Origin: Perkinsus chesapeaki ATCC PRA-425
Taxonomy: Eukaryota > Protista > Perkinsozoa
Length of the DNA: 64,000 bases
Direction of reading: 5' to 3'
Assembly (NCBI GenBank): GCA_013115145.1
Contig: JAAPAO010000056.1
Span: 35,718-99,717 of the forward strand
This document shows, one piece after another, positions 60,021 through 64,000 of this stretch. A program made the position numbers and the translations under genes. The first letter of the stretch is position 1; every line of letters starts with the position of its first letter. The notes under the pieces are model-generated. The model made no database searches and had not been told where the DNA came from. It saw only the letters and a list, made by a program, of their open reading frames with translations.

Positions 60021-62504
60021 ACCCAATTGTAATTAAAGAGATCACCAGGATCCAAAAAAGGTTGCGATATCAGTTCTCCAGCAGTTACCCTGGCACTAGT
60101 CGATAGAACCGGTAGCGCAGTAGCCTTGACGGTCTATCTTTACTTCGCAATACCAAGTTTTCACTAGGCATCGGTGGTGGTGGTGGTAGTTGTGACTGAG
60201 CATGACTCGACGACTGGGTTGCTGACTGGCTAGATCTTCTTTGCGGCACCGGTTCTTCACTAGGCATGCATGGTGGAAGTTCATCAATGGTCGATTCTAG
60301 CGAACAGTCCAAACTAACATATAGCTCAGTCACAAGTGGGGACTCACAACTGGACACCCGTGATGACTATTGGGCTTGTTGTGGAGCTACATCACTTCAC
60401 CTTTACTAGTACCCCTGAAGTACATATATGCGACCATCAAGTTCAGTGCTCAGTGAGCAATGCTCACCTAGGTGCACGTGTATATATAGTTTGTCGGTCG
60501 AGTCGCTCGTTTGCCAGTTTTCCTGGAGCGACCTGTGAATCATCAGCCGGGACACCTAAAGTTCAGGTCCTGAATGAAAAAAAAGACACATGATTCATCA
60601 GATCTTCAACCGCCCTTCAGTAATACCCATAAACTCTTGAGTTCTAGCACCACCGTCAATAAAGGCACCCAATTGTACCCTCAGTGCTAAATTGGCCCTC
60701 CTAAGTTGCCCGCAGCGCTGAGCCACAACTCGGAGCTCATGCTGTCGAGTCTTTTCGTGATGCGACTTGTTGCTGAGTCGCTTAGATTCACATCACGAGA
60801 TTTCATACACTACAACAACGACATAGAAACTGAGATACATAACCCAAGAGACTTAGAATGTACACGGGTCATAAGAATAATCCATAAACTCGACGACTTA
60901 GGCTAAGTCACTTAGCCATAAGGCGTTCCTAGTCCACAGACATATGGAGAAGCTGTCCGATGAGCTGTGACACAGATCTTACTCCCATTGAGAACACGAC
61001 GCTCATACTGAAAAAGTAAACCTATCGATGATACTATTCCGGCTAGCATTAGCATACACAATGTATATCGGTCGATTTAATAATACCAACGATACAATTT
61101 GCGTTTGCCTGAGGAGGTATGCCTAATGCGTGGTAATATCCGCCGAACACAAGGTATAAACCAATCCACTTCACTTCGAAACATTTCTAGAGAAAAGCTA
61201 CAAGCTCCGAACAGTTCGGAGCCAGTGTGATGGCTGAGCGTCCTTTTTTCCGAAGGGCATTGTAGAAGCGGCCGAAGGCAGGGTTCTGCATTATTCTCCA
61301 CTCGAGAAGGCACGGTCTTCACTAGCGTTTCGATGGCATAAGAGAACGTTCTGCCGGGAAAGGCGCGTTCAAAGATGAACTGTAGGGGTAGTTTAATAAT
61401 GACTTCTGACGTTCGGATTGCAGAACTCAAGAACTCTTGCGCACTTGCTGTAACCTGAGACCTTGCGGTTTCATAGTTTTGAGCGCAAGTTCCAATTGGA
61501 AGTCCCAATTCGGAACTGGACAAGCTTCAGAACATAGGACATAATTTCTGAGTTGACTCCTACTGGATGCTAGGCCAATAGAGCATAGTGCCCAGGCACG
61601 GGGCAGGGTGCAAACTCATGCTCGCAGGTAGTGGGCACGGTGCCATGCCTCGGAGCTTCCGAGTAGTCGGAGGTCTTTCCCCCACTGGTGTCAATAACCG
61701 CATACATGCCCGGAGGATTGCGAAGGAAACCTAGAACTAAAATGAATATCAGTTCGTATTATTCAAATATCTGAAGATTTAGATATGACTAACCTGTTGA
61801 CGCGTATGGATGTCGTCACTACCTCCCTCCGCTATGACATAGCGGCTATGTACGTGCGTTTAGCTCGGTCCCCCTTTTTATGGCCGCGTCACGCGTCGTG
61901 CGTCACCGAACGCGCGGGCGGGCGCTGGTGGTTGGAGACGGCATGGAAGTTGATGATCGCCTGTGCGCTGTCTCATTATATTGTTCATGTAAAGTCTTAG
62001 CTACCGTTTTTAGCCTTTTACTCTCATCTTCTGATGGACGCTCAGTCCTCTACTATAAGCGGTGCCTACGCGGTGCCCTCTAATCAAGGGGAGGTTGAGT
62101 TGCATCCAGTTAATGAGAGGTTTGAGCCAACCGACACGGCACTGTCAGTACGCTATATTATTGCATCCATTAACCCGGTTAATTTGACCCTATTACAACA
62201 TATCATCCCTGTACGGTACAGGCTGTACCGCATCGTAATCGACAATAAGCTATGCTTACTAGGCATTCAGTCTATCAAGGTATGACCAAATTTGAAAATA
62301 TTCGGCAATGGAAGAAAGCGCGACTGAAGCGACATGACTAACTCGAACCGATCACCGCGCCACTCGTAGACTATATACGAGATGGGGGCGCGCTATCGTA
62401 TATAGTGCACGCGAAAAAGTCAATCCGAAAACGAGAGGCATAGCACGTGTGAAGGCTCTTACTAAGAGCCACTTAGAAAAAGCGCAATCTTTCCCCTCTC
62501 CCTG

Positions 62505-63693
62505 CCCTTCTATATCTCTCTCTAATACTTTCTTATCCTCATCACTACTATCTTGCATATCACCAGCGGTATCAACCATCACAAAACTGGAGTCAGATTT
62601 CTCGGCTTCATCCGGCCTGGTATACATATTACATGTAACGGAAGCCCTACTAGCTTTAGAAATCCGACTTCTCCGTAGACAGCGGCTCAAGTCACTAGTA
62701 GGAATCGTGAAAGCAAATCGTATCAGTCCCTTAGGGGCATCAAAATCCTTTCAGTAGTGGCTCAATAATTCAGAGTACTGACCCCCCGAAAATACACATA
62801 TAAGTTCAAGAGCTTCGGTGGCACAACCGCCGCACTTATCCCGGTTCCATAAAGCGCCAGAAATTCCAATCCTTTTAACGTTTTCGGCAACCTCGAGTCG
62901 AAATGCCCTAACTAATCGCCCGACGATTATACTGATTCATCCATGGAGCTACCCAAAATCATAGCGTTACAAAGCATATAAACCTGATGCGCGTCATTTT
63001 ACTACCTTCTTCCCCTTCTTATTCCTGCAACTATTGAACCTTCCACGAAGTGGAGGAGCGGCCCTTGTCCCTCCCTTGCTCCTCCTGTAGACCGCTGCTC
63101 AGTCGATGCACCTCTCTCTACACATCCAAACTGAACTAGCCCTATTGCTCTGTTCCCTACCTTCTCCTCAAATTCATTTCCATCAACTCCTATCAAACCA
63201 GTAGCAAGATCCCGCGCGGCGGTGATATCTGAGACGTTAGCTATTAACAGTGCGCTCGCAAGCAGCATTACATTGTCCAGCTTTGGTATTGATAAGGACG
63301 AACCTCCCCCTTGAACAGTAGAAAAACTCCGTAGACTCTACGGAGTTTTTCTCTACGGCGTAGAGTTCTTAGCAAGTTCGTCATCAGCAGGGTAGTATTT
63401 TCCTCTAAAGGATCTATACGATGATCAAGCCATACGCTTCCTCCTCCCCAACCTCGCTTTTTACACTGTCACAATTGGTGCGGATTTGTGGAATCTCCAA
63501 AGGGTATCTCCATCTGGGCCAAGGAAGTCGCCACCCCGAATGGCTGGATGGAAAGATTCACTATCAGCGCACTCAACCACCAAAGCTTAGCTTTGAAAGC
63601 TACCGTTTTGGGCGAAGCATACAAGACTCAGAGCCTCCCCGTTGATACTACCCGAACTTGTTTTCATGCCGATTCCCATCGTAGAATCTAGCA
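62505..63693. repeat. Contiguous A+B copy of the segments found apart at 54140-54720 and 57001-57567
   Basis: A-matching sequence runs almost directly into B-matching sequence at about 63060-63081. Confidence 0.88.
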
Positions 63694-64000
63694 CATGTCC
63701 AGCTCGTGACATGGTTGATAATATCTTCTTGATATTACATGTGTCATTCAGTCCGAGCTGTTCGCTTTCCGTGATACAAGCTCACCTTCCCATTGTCTTG
63801 AGTAGCTAGTTCGCGGACGAACAGTCAGGATTTTAATATTCGGCACACGAAGTGTTTCGAAGTCTGATCTAGACTAGTCCGCCTCTCGGTCACGCACGCA
63901 TGCGCATCGGCGAGATGTCACGCTTCTTTATAAGAACCTCATGTTGAGAGTTAGTGTCGGTAATGCATCCGAGCTTTGATTGTCATCTTTCTTGACCCAC

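Noticed and set aside
61077-61523. 148-aa ORF as a gene
   Set aside because: Non-ATG start, no recognisable motif and no splice context.
1-64000. Spliced-leader RNA or SL relics, CRISPR array, rRNA
   Set aside because: No CCGTAGCCAT(C/T)TTGGCTCAAG match, repeat-spacer array or rRNA motif seen.

Overview
Eukaryotic, intron-rich, gene-dense window read with the standard code. Most introns are 29-60 nt. The style (tandem amino-acid transporter array, dinoflagellate-type protein families, very short spacers) fits an alveolate and best fits Perkinsus; this is an inference. Positions 1-34 kb hold a decayed FLYWCH-MULE transposase, four tandem AAAP amino-acid transporters, RPN13, two secreted-type genes, a Tousled-like kinase, a CCCH zinc finger, a RAP-like protein and a BSD protein. 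Positions 35-51.4 kb are one minus-strand cluster: U1-C, CFAP210-like, METTL21-like methyltransferase, a MYND/EF-hand/TPR/FH2 formin, a beta-propeller-like ORF, LspA and a DnaJ-thioredoxin protein; three consecutive-gene spacers are 77-79 nt. Positions 52-64 kb are a patchwork of duplicated, decayed gene fragments. The main finding is an intron-split bacterial-type lipoprotein signal peptidase II (LspA) with both catalytic Asp motifs intact. All gene models were spliced by eye; no database searches were run. No rRNA, intact tRNA or CRISPR array was seen.
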